NCBI GenBank assembly: GCA_001179505.1
Contig: CDMY01000540.1
Location: 1-55,278, forward strand
Direction: 5' to 3'
Length of the DNA stretch: 55,278 nt
DNA from: Vitrella brassicaformis CCMP3155
Lineage: Eukaryota; Protista; Chromerida
A program made the translations under genes and the position numbers. Positions 1 to 10,687 of this stretch are shown here, piece after piece (position 1 is the stretch's first letter; every line of letters starts with the position of its first letter). Under the pieces are notes generated by a model, which saw only the letters and a list, made by a program, of their open reading frames with translations, was not told where the DNA came from and ran no database searches.

Positions 1-1209
1 GCCATACGTGGACAGAAACAACTTTGACTGATTGGCCAGTCCACCGGTCTTATTAAAGTAAAAGCACTCTTACTCTGGGACTTACCGCCCAGCAGATCCT
101 CTATTATTGAGCTAACTACAGGAAAGGTCCTCACCGGCCTTTTCGCACAAGCTACACGTGTTTGTGCGAGTGCGCTGCGATTCCGCGCGCGCGCTTGGCT
201 ATGAGCTAGCATCAATTTCCTTCCAAACCTCGGTGCAACGTGGCAGGACAAAATTAAGCTACAAACACGCAGATATTCATGAGTCTTCGACTTGTCCCGC
301 TTTCGCTTTTCTACTCAAGTCTCGAAAACTGTCTGGGGAAGAGGATCATGAAGAGGATGAGACATGCATGGAGGTTTAGCCGGGCCCCGCCCACCTCAAG
401 TTGGTGGCCGTGGCCCGGCTGAATCCACACGCCGAGCTCTACGTAAGTACACACTGTGCAGCTCATCAAACGCAAAACGCCAGCTCCCATGTCCCATTCA
501 ATCGACACATGCATGTATCTGGTGTGCACACGTAGAGAAAAGCATATGTAATCGATGCAATGTGTATCCCCGTATGCTGAACTGTCTCATCCTTTTCATC
601 CGTTTCGTCTTCCACCGGTCCGTCGCCAGTAAACGGCACGTCACTGCGCGCGAAACTCCTCACGACGAACTCCTCGTCCACCGCCTCTTCTCCTCACAAC
701 TCAGAAGGCCAATTTGAAACGCCTCAGCTGACGGATCTTCAGGCACACAGTCCAACGGCAGCGATCCACACATCCTATGCTGCCCCTGACGGCTGCTCGA
801 GATGTCGCTGATTGTCGCTCACGGCGACGTCACCAGCCCCGCCTGTAAGGGCTCGCCAGGCAGGTACAGATCGGGAGGGCGCCTCAGGCAACCTGGCGGG
901 TCGAGGGTGACGACGAACGAGGGGCTGGGCAGTGCTATGGGGTCTGATCAGTACGATCAAAGAAAGGTTGCACGTCGTCGTTGAAGAGCGCGGCGGTGCA
1001 ACACAAGCTGCCCGTGTACGAAGAGCGGCGACAGCTCGGCAGCGACTGAACGAAAAGAACAGGCAAAAATGGGCTCATGTTGGCGTCATAGAGAACCCAT
1101 CCTCTTGTTCCTCGCTCACTCTGCATCACACCAGCTGCTGCCTCTTGGCCCGTGGCTGCGAGAAACGCTCTCTCATCGACACCGCTCAACCAACCACATC
1201 ACTCACTGA

Positions 1210-1949
1210 CTAGTTAGCTGGGCGTGAGGGCAGACGTCTGGGGACACACCGAGCCCCGTCAGGCTCGCCACAAGTGAGCAGCGGCTGAGTGAGTTGGTCA
1301 TCTGTCTGCCTGACGCGGTTGGGCGTCACTCGGCGCACCAACTGCTGCAGCCACGACCCCAGAGCCGGGACTCGTGCTCTCGACGTTGCGGCACCGCGCT
1401 GCCGGGCGATAGATGGCTGTCTCTCCTGCGTTGCCGGCACTTTACTGGAGAGGACGGAATCGGCCTCACGGCGGGCCGACATATACTTGTTGAAGTCATC
1501 TGCACACACACTCATATATATACATACGCATGCGTGAAGGCATAGTGACTTCCCTCCCTCCATCCCCTTTCGGTGGCCGCGTTCTCACCTTCCTCGAGGT
1601 TAATCAAGTAGACCCCGTGCTGCTGTATGGCGTCAGGGCGGACCCCAATCGCTGAACTGGAAAGGTCAAGAATGAGGAATGGCACTCCTGGCGAGATGCC
1701 CAGAGCGTTCCGAAAGCGGTCCTTGGATGCCTCGACAAGCACGCGTTGCTCCTCATAAGGCATGCCGTCTCGGTACTTGGCGTGGGTCTTGGAGAGGGGC
1801 AGACGATAGACGTCGCTTCTCCTCACAGGTCGCCAGACGACCTTGTCCCCCGACTCAACATCGCCGCGTTTCCCAACAAACAGAGCCACATCGATGAAGC
1901 CTGGCTTCTCGGGAGGATATATATCATCTGACTCGAGCAGTGCCGGCAT
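1210..1949 (-). CDS. Hypothetical protein, 2 exons (~1949-1590, 1501-1210)
   Basis: ATG at 1949 (MPALLESDD...). Donor GAAG|gtgag and acceptor gtgcag|AT join in phase (..LEE-D-DFNKY..). Stop at 1210. No recognisable domain. Confidence 0.6.
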
Positions 1950-2891
1950 CGCATCTGAATGAGCATCAGAATATCAACCTGTATACAGACAGCGATGCTC
2001 ATTCATTTGTGTGTCGTCTGGCTGCACTTTGTTGTGTGTGTGTGTGGCTGATAGATAAGTGGCTGCTATACGTCTGTCGTGTTGGGCTGAAGGCACTGCG
2101 TGTGAGCTCAGCCGCGCAGCGGTTTTGCCGATCTTGCGACATCGTGGGAGGACGTAAGGCCGTTCGCCCTTCACGCGAACCGCTGCCGCGACGTTCGGTG
2201 GATTTTAGTGGGAGCTATGGGGCCGGGAGCTATGATCTCTAACTCGACGAGCAGTTTCACGGTATAATCTCTAACTCCATGGGCTCACCAGGTCTCGAGT
2301 GACGACAGAGCTGGTGGCGCAGGTCACATCCCATTGTGTTCACTTGTTGTGTGCTGCAATCGGACAAACTGCCGGTGCTTTCTGCAGCGGCCGACTTTCT
2401 TCTGTCAGCACAGGCAACACGCACTGAGTGGCTTGCCCTCAACCCATTCTTGCCAGACAGTCAGACAGGGGAAGACGACGAGCTGCTGTACGAACAGCAT
2501 GTCTTAGATCAGTGGGCGCTCGACGTCGAGCTCTCTGACTAGCCTCTGGGTGTCGTGCGTATGTCTGGCTGTCATTCTCGTATGTCTGCAACCGGTGTCG
2601 ACCGCGATTTTTCTGACCATCATAGGGTGGCACGTGCGTGTCGAGTGGATGGGTGGCTGGGTGGGATGGGGAGACAGGCCGTGTGCATGCTTCTGTGCAT
2701 GTGCATGCTGCTAGTTTAGTGCGTGACCTGGACAGGATCCCCTCGGGGTTACAGACACGAGTCTCGTTAAACACAATAACCAACCAACCAACCAGAGCGG
2801 CGACACTGCCCTCGTCAGTCATTTTCAGTCAGCAATGGCATTCACGCACGGGGTGGAGATGCGACAAGTTGGGCATGGATCTATCAAATAG

Positions 2892-4359
2892 ATGCAGCAT
2901 CGCGTCCTCCCGGTCCACCTCCTGTGGCACTGCTGCTTCGTCGTCGTGATGCAGACCCTTCCAAGAAGACCGGTACCTTGCTCGTTCGTGCGGCTGTCGT
3001 CGTCTTTCGCTCGTGTGGACGAGGCGTCAAGACGGCCCGCACCAACTCATGCAGCTCGTCGGCTGCAGCTCAGAGCCACCCGCAGCCCACACGGGGCCAA
3101 GGGCGAGGGCGAGTCGCCCTGGCCGAGCCTGCACACGGTGGATACTGTGCCACTGGACCGCAACAGGCTGCTCGGTATGGATGGACAAGGAGAGGGAATC
3201 TTAGAAACACCACGCCCTCTCTGACCACATCTGCACTGCGTGGCGTGCTTTGTGTGATAATCAGACCTCGCGCGGTCTCGTGGGCTGGGCAGTCGGGCAG
3301 ACACCAGCCGAAGCGCCGTTCGCCCACTGCAGCGCCGACGGTTCTCGACGGTACGCACACACATGACAGACATGACATGGCCTGCAATCACTGACTGACT
3401 AATGGTGACCAGGAGTCTGAGTGAGTCGCTGTCTTGCCTTTGACTGCATTGCAGGCTGCTCCGCTGTCGCCGCCACCCGGCATAACGGCGGCGTACCCCT
3501 ACAGCATGACGGAGTTCGCCGAGGCGCTCGCTGCACTCGACAAGCAGTTCGTCCAAAACTCCACTCAAGAGTAAGAAATGTGAGCGCCCACAGCTGACAC
3601 AGACAAGACAGGACAGCAAAAGAGCTGCTCACCTTATGGTCTGTCTGTCTGTCTGTCTGTGTGGTCTGTGCATCCATCCATCTCTGAGTGGTGCAGGGGC
3701 ATCCTCGAGTCCGACCCTCGAGCACAGTGGGATGCGTCGCGGAAGCAGTATGTGGTCAACCTGCAGATCGTCGACACCCTGGACGCCCTCACAAGGCAGA
3801 TTCGCAGCGATGGGGCGGCAGCGGGAAAGGATGCCAGCCGATGGCGGCTCAAGGCATACAACAAGGTGGTTATTGAGCCCACCCATGGTGCACTCTGGTG
3901 CACTCTCTCCCTCCCTCCCCGCGTGTGTGTCCTTTGTCCTTTGTGTCAGGCGATCGACGTGGTGCAGTCATGTCGCATCCCCGTCACGTCGACTGCTGTG
4001 GCCCTGGTGCTCCTCAGAGAGGCCGGCAACAAACTCAAAGGTCAGACACACAGACAGACAGACAGACAGACAGCGAGGGGACAGTACAGTGTGATGCATT
4101 CCGTCCCGTGGACGTTTGGAGGTTTCAGATGAGGAGAAGTACTACATGCGTCACGGGTGTCACCGGTCGTCGGTGCTCGAGAGGATCAGACAGATCATCG
4201 CCACAGGAGCCTGCGAAGACGTCGACATGAGCAGGTGACTCACTGACTGACGCACAGACAGACAGACAGACAGGCGGCCGCACAAGGGAGGGAGCCTAGG
4301 ATGCACGTGTGTATAACCGTGTGACGTGCTCGCGCTGCAGGTACGGGGCCCTCTACTGA
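2892..4359 (+). CDS. Protein with a DNA polymerase X/beta N-terminal 8-kDa-like helical domain and a probable signal/transit leader; 7 exons, ~289 aa
   Basis: Exons 2892-3174, 3265-3350, 3455-3570, 3697-3865, 3950-4040, 4129-4234, 4341-4359 all splice GT-AG in phase. VNLQIVDTLDAL..RWRLKAYNKAIDVVQSCRIPVTS..VLERIRQIIATGACEDVD matches the Pol X 8-kDa pattern N..I...L..L..WR..AY.KA...I.S..KI.EIL.TG. Confidence 0.7.
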
Positions 4360-4620
4360 GAGGATGTGTTGGATGGCGAGTGACCGGGCGTATCGTATCG
4401 TGTCGTGGCGATGCGACTGGGGGACTGTACGACTGCTACCGTCCGGACAGAACTCGTGTGTGTGGATTGGATTGGACCATCTCATTCCTCATTTAAGTGA
4501 AGTAAGCGAGCCTGCACACTTTCGTTGGCCTCGAAGTAGGCGGAGCGCTCCCCAGACATTGACAGACAGACAGACAGACAGACAGAGGCCTGCAGAAACC
4601 TCTATTTACGTTGACATGAG
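3590..4620. repeat. Intronic microsatellites (GACA/CTGT)n; these and (GGAT)n, (CA)n, (TATG)n recur in most introns of the window
   Basis: Directly visible, e.g. 3640-3660, 4050-4075, 4250-4270, 4560-4585, 7396-7420, 41011-41040. Confidence 0.9.
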
Positions 4621-4788
4621 GCAGTAAGGTCACACGTCCTCTCACCCAACGGTCGCGTACATACCAGCACTCCCAACCCAATCCAGCCCACACAAGTATA
4701 CACACACGCATACGCAACAAACACCACCACGCAATTAGCCTCTTCTCTCTCTGTCCCTCTCCATCCATCTATCCATCCATCCATCTAT

Positions 4789-6132
4789 CTATCGCACTAG
4801 CTCCGCCAGCCTGCCTATCCCGGCGCGAAAGCCCTCCCACCCCTCGGACACATCCCTCCGCACCCTCTCCCGCATCCCTCCGCGCCGCCTGGCCGCCCGC
4901 ACCGCCTCCGCGCGTTGCCTCGACGCCTCGAGGAAGGCATCCCGCGATGTTGGGAGCGGGTCACTGAAGAAGGTGCTGTCGACCGATTGGATGGCGTCCC
5001 GCAGGTGGGCCGGCAGGCTGTCTGGCGACGACAGCCGCGAGCCGTGCAGGTCCAGGCGGCACACGCCACGGCCGCACCAGGCTGGGCAGGCACCCGTCCT
5101 TGAGTAGGTCAGGGTCACGTCGGCATCTTCTGATGGGGACCGTTGGAGATGCATTCGAGATAACAGGAGGTTGATAAGGGGGGTTCGCCTTCCCCTTCTC
5201 TGTCTGGTGTAGCAGTAGGACTCGACGCATGTGGCTTGTCGCGGCCTGGAGGGGCCGATCTGCACCCACTGCCGCCATCTCTCGCGCGCCTCACTGGCCC
5301 GCAGCTGATCTGCCGCTGCCGCTGCCGTGTCGACCGCCTGATGCTGCTGCTGCTGCTGACCCCACCACCGGCCCTTCTGCGACAGGCCGGGCAGCCTCAC
5401 AGTCAGCTGCAGATAGCACGGTGAGCCAGGGTCCTCCCTACTCCCATAACGGCTCTCCCGCCCTCGATCTCCAACACCACCACCCAGACCAGTAGCGGCT
5501 GGTCCGCTGAGTCGCCCTCCGGCCTCGCCAACAGTGACAGTGCGGCCGTCCGGCAGGTCAGCCATCAGCGCCAGGGTGCCGTTGCGCAGCACGTGTGAGA
5601 TGGCCTGCGAGTAGGCATGCACCGGCCGCTTCAACCGACGCGCAGGCGATGTCGGTGTCCACCTGAAGCTTTCCATCAGCTGCCGCTTGCCGGGCTGCAA
5701 GTAGACGAACGCCTTGCGGCACAGCTGAACGCCTCGAGCAGTCGCGTCACTGTTTGCACTGAGGGAGCTGTGGGCGTGGGAGGGACTGTGAGAGAACTCT
5801 GCCGCATACGAGAGTTCGGCGCCCTCGACATCAGCGAGCACCCGGCCCGTCATGACGTTGGTAAGCGACCCGCCGTACCACCACACCGTTGTCGAGCCAG
5901 GAGGGCCGCACCGCAAGTCAAGAAGCCGCTCCAAGTCACTCGCCTGCCACTGCAGCAGAGCCGACGACGGCAGGCGACGAAATGGCTTGTGCCGATGTGC
6001 CGTGGGCAGGGGGAGGGAGGGAAGGCGGAACAGCCGCTTGGTCTGGCCAGGTGAACGAGAGTCCATGGACGTCACGAGAGTCACACAGAGCGTGCTCACG
6101 AGGCAGATAGCTCCCAACCAGATCATCGCCAT
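4789..6132 (-). CDS. Single-exon 447-aa protein with N-terminal signal peptide; possibly DUF1838-like
   Basis: Long ORF with GC3 bias and hydrophobic N-terminus (MAMIWLGAICLVSTLCVTLVTS). TVWWYGGSLTNVMTGRVLADVEG..RKAFVYLQP resembles DUF1838-type motifs (by eye only). Confidence 0.7.
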   Translation of the reverse strand: MAMIWLGAICLVSTLCVTLVTSMDSRSPGQTKRLFRLPSLPLPTAHRHKPFRRLPSSALLQWQASDLERLLDLRCGPPGSTTVWWYGGSLTNVMTGRVLADVEGAELSYAAEFSHSPSHAHSSLSANSDATARGVQLCRKAFVYLQPGKRQLMESFRWTPTSPARRLKRPVHAYSQAISHVLRNGTLALMADLPDGRTVTVGEAGGRLSGPAATGLGGGVGDRGRESRYGSREDPGSPCYLQLTVRLPGLSQKGRWWGQQQQQHQAVDTAAAAADQLRASEARERWRQWVQIGPSRPRQATCVESYCYTRQRRGRRTPLINLLLSRMHLQRSPSEDADVTLTYSRTGACPAWCGRGVCRLDLHGSRLSSPDSLPAHLRDAIQSVDSTFFSDPLPTSRDAFLEASRQRAEAVRAARRRGGMRERVRRDVSEGWEGFRAGIGRLAELVR

Positions 6133-6549
6133 GACTGTCCAGCTCAGGTATCACTCTGTTTCATGCCCATTGTTCGCCAGATGGAAGCCGAAAGCAAGAT
6201 CTGCGTTTGAGCTCCTTTGAGCTCGCAGATGTGGCGATCGCTCATCGCCCAGGCAACTCTCCTCCAAGGCCCCTCGAGGAGCCTGGATGGCACCCACAGC
6301 CTAATTGCAACGATTCCTCAACCGCCGCCGGCGATTCGCCCATCCCAGCAACAGCAGCAGCAGCCGGCATTAGCACCTTCCAGCACAGCAGCAGCAGCCG
6401 CAACAGAGCAGCCGGCATAAGCAGCGCCTTCGACGAGGGCATCAGCGGCTTTGCATCATCAAACAGCACGGCAGCAGCCCTCTGACCACGCCAGCCGCGT
6501 GAGGCCTTCTATGTGAGGTGCAACCGGAAGTCGTGACGGTCGCCACACC

Positions 6550-7269
6550 ATGTATGCCGACAAGGCCAACGTGGGGAGGTGCTGCCTCTGCGTGCCCATC
6601 CGGCTCGGCTGCTTCCTCCTGGCAGCGGCGCAGTTCGTCATGGGCATCTTCGCGCTGTGCGGCCTCATTCTGCAGGACCCTCGTTTCGTCTCGGGAGGGT
6701 ACTCCCACACCACTCTGTTGATAACGGGCATCGTGGGGGTCATCGGGATTGTCTTTGGCTTCCTGGGCGCGGTGGGCGCCTACGATAACAACGCCCTCTT
6801 CGTCAGGGGCTTCTTCATCTACTATGTCATGGCCATCGCCGCGCACCTGATCGTCTTTGTGCTCGACAACATCACCCTGGCGACGTGCAGCAGCTACGCG
6901 TCGAGCGACGCGGCCTACCACCACTACAACGAGACGCTCGACGGCATCTCGCGCAACGGCCTGTGCACCTGGACGAGGGCGGCGTATGGCGTGGCCTTCT
7001 CGGTGGAATTTTTGCTGGGGGTGTACTTCGCCCTGGTCCTCAACAGGTTCTGGATGATCCTCGACTCCACCCCTGCATACCTCATCACCTTCAACGGCTC
7101 GGGGGTCAGTCATAATGGCACGCCACGCCAAGACAGCAGCGGAGTGTGGTGTGGGTCTGTGTGTGTGTTGTGTGTGCAGGGGTACATGCCAGGTGCGTGG
7201 CACAAGTATGACAACATGGCCCGGGAGGCGGCGCCTTTCATCGCCAGCCACATGAGGCCCAGCGGATAG
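6550..7269 (+). CDS. Four-TM membrane protein with CCxCxP N-terminal motif; exons 6550-7104, 7180-7269
   Basis: Four hydrophobic segments. RCCLCVPIRLG start is typical of LAPTM-like 4-TM proteins. Phase-0 intron gtcagt...gtgcag. Confidence 0.78.
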   Translation: MYADKANVGRCCLCVPIRLGCFLLAAAQFVMGIFALCGLILQDPRFVSGGYSHTTLLITGIVGVIGIVFGFLGAVGAYDNNALFVRGFFIYYVMAIAAHLIVFVLDNITLATCSSYASSDAAYHHYNETLDGISRNGLCTWTRAAYGVAFSVEFLLGVYFALVLNRFWMILDSTPAYLITFNGSGVSHNGTPRQDSSGVWCGSVCVLCVQGYMPGAWHKYDNMAREAAPFIASHMRPSG

Positions 7270-8629
7270 ATAGATAAGACAGCCACAGACGGCAGAGGGG
7301 AGGTACTCAGCAGCAGCACTACCAAGCCCTGCCTGCCTGAGTGGGTAGGTAGAGTAGCTGACGGTCCTCGGTTCACTCTCTCGACCGAATGGCTGGATGA
7401 ATGGATGGATGGATGGATGGATCGCAGGCAGTCAGTGGGTGCATTGGGTTGCGTGGGCTCGTCTGTGGGTGTACAGTCAGACTCTGCGTGTGCGTGTTGG
7501 TGTGGGGGGTGGGTCTTCGTCACGTGTTTGTGCATATTTGTGTGTGTGTGTGTGGGTGGGTGGAACTCTGTCGCATGCACACGTGTGGATGTGCCTGCCT
7601 GTGTGGTGTGCGGCTGTGCTGTGCCAGAAGCTGCCATTAAACGGATCGAGGGACGTCTGAATTCACCATGGATAGACACACATACACACGCACACCACAC
7701 GCATACAAACATACACTTCGTCGATGCACTCACTCACTTCGCCACACATGAATGAATCACATGAATCAAGGAAGGAATGGATGCCCGGATGGATGGCCGA
7801 ATAAGTGTCCAAACACCCACCACTCATCAGCAGTAGGGAATTCGTAACAAATAGCTACGCACCAGCATCCACACGCATCCACACGCAGCCAGGCAGGCAA
7901 CCCACGCGTATGCGAAAAGCAGACATGGCTACGCACAGTTGCGGAGAGCTACGCACAGATGCGGAGAGAGAAACTGCGACCAGCCAGGCAGGCAGAATTA
8001 TCCCTCCCTGTCAGCCACCACGAAAAGCGACCAGTCAGCCACTAACCAGAGTCCCTGGTGGGCAAACGGGCCACCAGAGCTGGGAAGAGTGAATGACACA
8101 CAGACACACAGACAGACAGACAGACAGACAGGCCACCCCACATCCGTAGGGTCAGACGAGAAATGGGCCCCGTCAGTCAGAACCTTTTCCCGGTTGGCTT
8201 GCTCGCACGTGGATGTCCACGTACGCCAATACACACACACACACCCCTACACCTACACTGCATCATGCCGGGAGCATTAGGTAGGTAGCTAACCAAAGAG
8301 ACAGAGAGAGGGGGGGGGGAATACATCCTACGTAAAGCTCAAAAAGGTCGCGTGTGCGCGTGTTCTGGTGGCTGAGGAAAATCGACGACGGGCGTGATCG
8401 CTGCGTGCACCGCGACTCCATCAAGATCGCAAAAGTACGCACATACACACACAGAGAGAGACGCCCACACACCCAGGCACACGGCACTAGTGCACACGCG
8501 CGTCACATCCATCCATCCATCCGCATGGAGATGTATAGGAATATATATAATGCATTCGACAATTCCCGCAGTCACACACACACAGACCTACCGACACGTA
8601 TACACCCCGTCAGTGAGTCAGTGAGTCCG

Positions 8630-10508
8630 TCATCCCCCCATGCCGTCATCGGTCTCTCTGTGGACAATGTCGTCGTCGTGGATCAGCCGATACGCCCGCG
8701 CCTTGGGCGACGCGCCATCTCCCGTCATGCCCATGCCCATCCCGCCCTCCTGACGCGTCTGCACGCTCAGCCGCTGCAGCGCCTTGCTCACCTCCAACGG
8801 CCAGTCGACGCGACACAGGAAAACGGAGAATACCATCACCTTCACCAGAACTGCGAGGGCAAGGGCGCTAAAGAGCCCCCACAGCCGCATCGACCACGCG
8901 AGACAGAAGACACACGCCGCAGGGATGCCCACGCCCACGTAGGCACACACGCTGGCACAGGCCGAGGGAAACTGCCGGCCGATGCCGTCCTGAACCCCAC
9001 GCAGCACTGCGTAGAGGGAGTCCGCGAGCAGGATGGCCATCAGCAGGGGCAGGTGGGCCACGATGGTGTTGTGGGTGTGATGGTCGGTCGCCAGAATGTG
9101 CCCGATAGGCTTTCGGGACAGCACCACTGAGCCGCAGCAGACGGACATGACGGCGAAGATGAGCACAAGGGCCGCGAAGCACAGCCGCCTGGCCTGTCGA
9201 TAGTTGCAGTCGCCAATGGCATTGCCCACCAGCACCGCCGTCGCGTTGCTCAGGCCCCAGGGCAGCGCAGCGAGCGCCGAGTAGAGCGACAACAGGCTCG
9301 CCGACGCAGCCACCGCCACGTTGCCGAACGCCCCGCTCACAAACACCACCCCGGACCAGCACCACCTCTCGAGGCAAGTCATGACGACCGCCGAGCCCCC
9401 CAACTTGCAGATCTCCATCAGCCCCCGGGAGTCGAGCACCTCACTGAGTGAGCCCTTGGTCCACTCGAGTCTGTCGGTGACCAGGGAGTAGACGACGAAG
9501 CACATGGCCATGAGGAAGGAGGCCGTGGAGAAGGCGATGGGGGGGCAGACGAAGCCGCAGGGAGGGGCGTGGCCGGGGAAGGACTCGAACACGTAAATGA
9601 GGCCCACCATGCACACGAAGGAGAGGGCGGCAAACCAGATCTGGGGGTGGGTCACGCCCTTGGACAGATAAAACTTGTCCACCGCCTGATACACCAGACA
9701 AACAATGCGCGAAGCAATCCATGTGTCTGTGTTTTGTGTGGACGTCCGTCCCTGAGTCACCCACCTCGTAGAAGCAGCGGCAGGGCAGTGAGGGCATCAA
9801 GCAAAGGCAATATTGGAAGGCCACCATGCTGGCGACCCCATCGCCGAGAAAGAGGGGCCAGAAGAAGCGCGATGCCACGCACACGACGGCCAGGGGGATG
9901 AGCAGGACCAGCAGCATGAACAGCCCGCGGAGCAGCTGGATGCCCGCCATTCGGTCAGCCCCCGCACCAAAGGCTTGGGAGCACAGCGTGTCCAGACTCC
10001 TGGCAAACCCCAGGCCGCACGCCATGCTGATCAGACAGACAGACACAGAACAAACAACCGACACACACGTGACACATCACACATCACATACATGTCAGTC
10101 TAGTCAGCTCGTCGTGTGTGCGCCTATGCATATAAGGCCGTCGAGTGCTCCCTCCGCTCACCCACCCACCAGAATGAGTTGACGAGAAAAATGGCCAGAC
10201 CAGCGGCACTCTGCAACTCACTCCCAGATCGTCCGGCGTAGGCAAGCAACACCTGCACACAACACACACATCCAATCCAGGACCACCCAGACAGACAGAC
10301 AGACAGACGGGCATACACACGTGCACAACTTTGCCTTGCTGTGGTCGGGTGGTCTGACCAGGACTTTGCTGAAGTCGAGCCCGTTCTTGGTCATAACGGG
10401 TAGCCCCTGTCTGACGAGAGCTTTGCTGTCCCGCAATGCATAGTCGCGGCCGCGAGCGTGTGGGAAGGAAGGCAGGCTGCTGGGCCGATGCTGAGGGACG
10501 ACAGACAT
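8630..10508 (-). CDS. MATE family multidrug/toxin efflux transporter (4 exons)
   Basis: ALVRQGLPVM..SAAGLA..GLGFARSLDTLCSQAFGAG (MATE repeat 1); LERWCW, LPWGLSNATAVLVGNAIG, LRGVQDGIGRQ (repeat 2). Introns splice in phase. First ATG at 10508. Confidence 0.92.
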
Positions 10509-10687
10509 CGAACGAATACAATATAAGCTCACCAAATGGCAAATGGTGGAAAAAGGACTTGAAGCGAATCAGTCAGATGAGCAGTCCCCTTCTCCCAGGA
10601 GCCAGCCGAAAGGTTTGGCGAAACCCCTGCCCCTAAGCCCACCTGGCCCCGTGTGCAATTCTTCTCTTTGTTTAAACTGCTTGAAGA

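Noticed and set aside
158-1200. Short ORFs and a possible exon 380-444 (PGPAHLKLVAVARLNPHAELY|gtaagt)
   Set aside because: Could not be joined into a consistent spliced model. No homology recognised.
2336-2542. 68-aa coding-looking ORF (..EDDELLYEQHVLDQWALDVELSD*)
   Set aside because: No ATG or convincing acceptor, so the gene model is unsupported.
6207-6485. CAG-rich Q/A ORFs upstream of the 4-TM gene
   Set aside because: Low-complexity repeats open in several frames. Most likely 5' UTR.
7300-8620. ORFs rich in CV/TH/DR/MDG repeats
   Set aside because: Translations of microsatellites between convergent genes.
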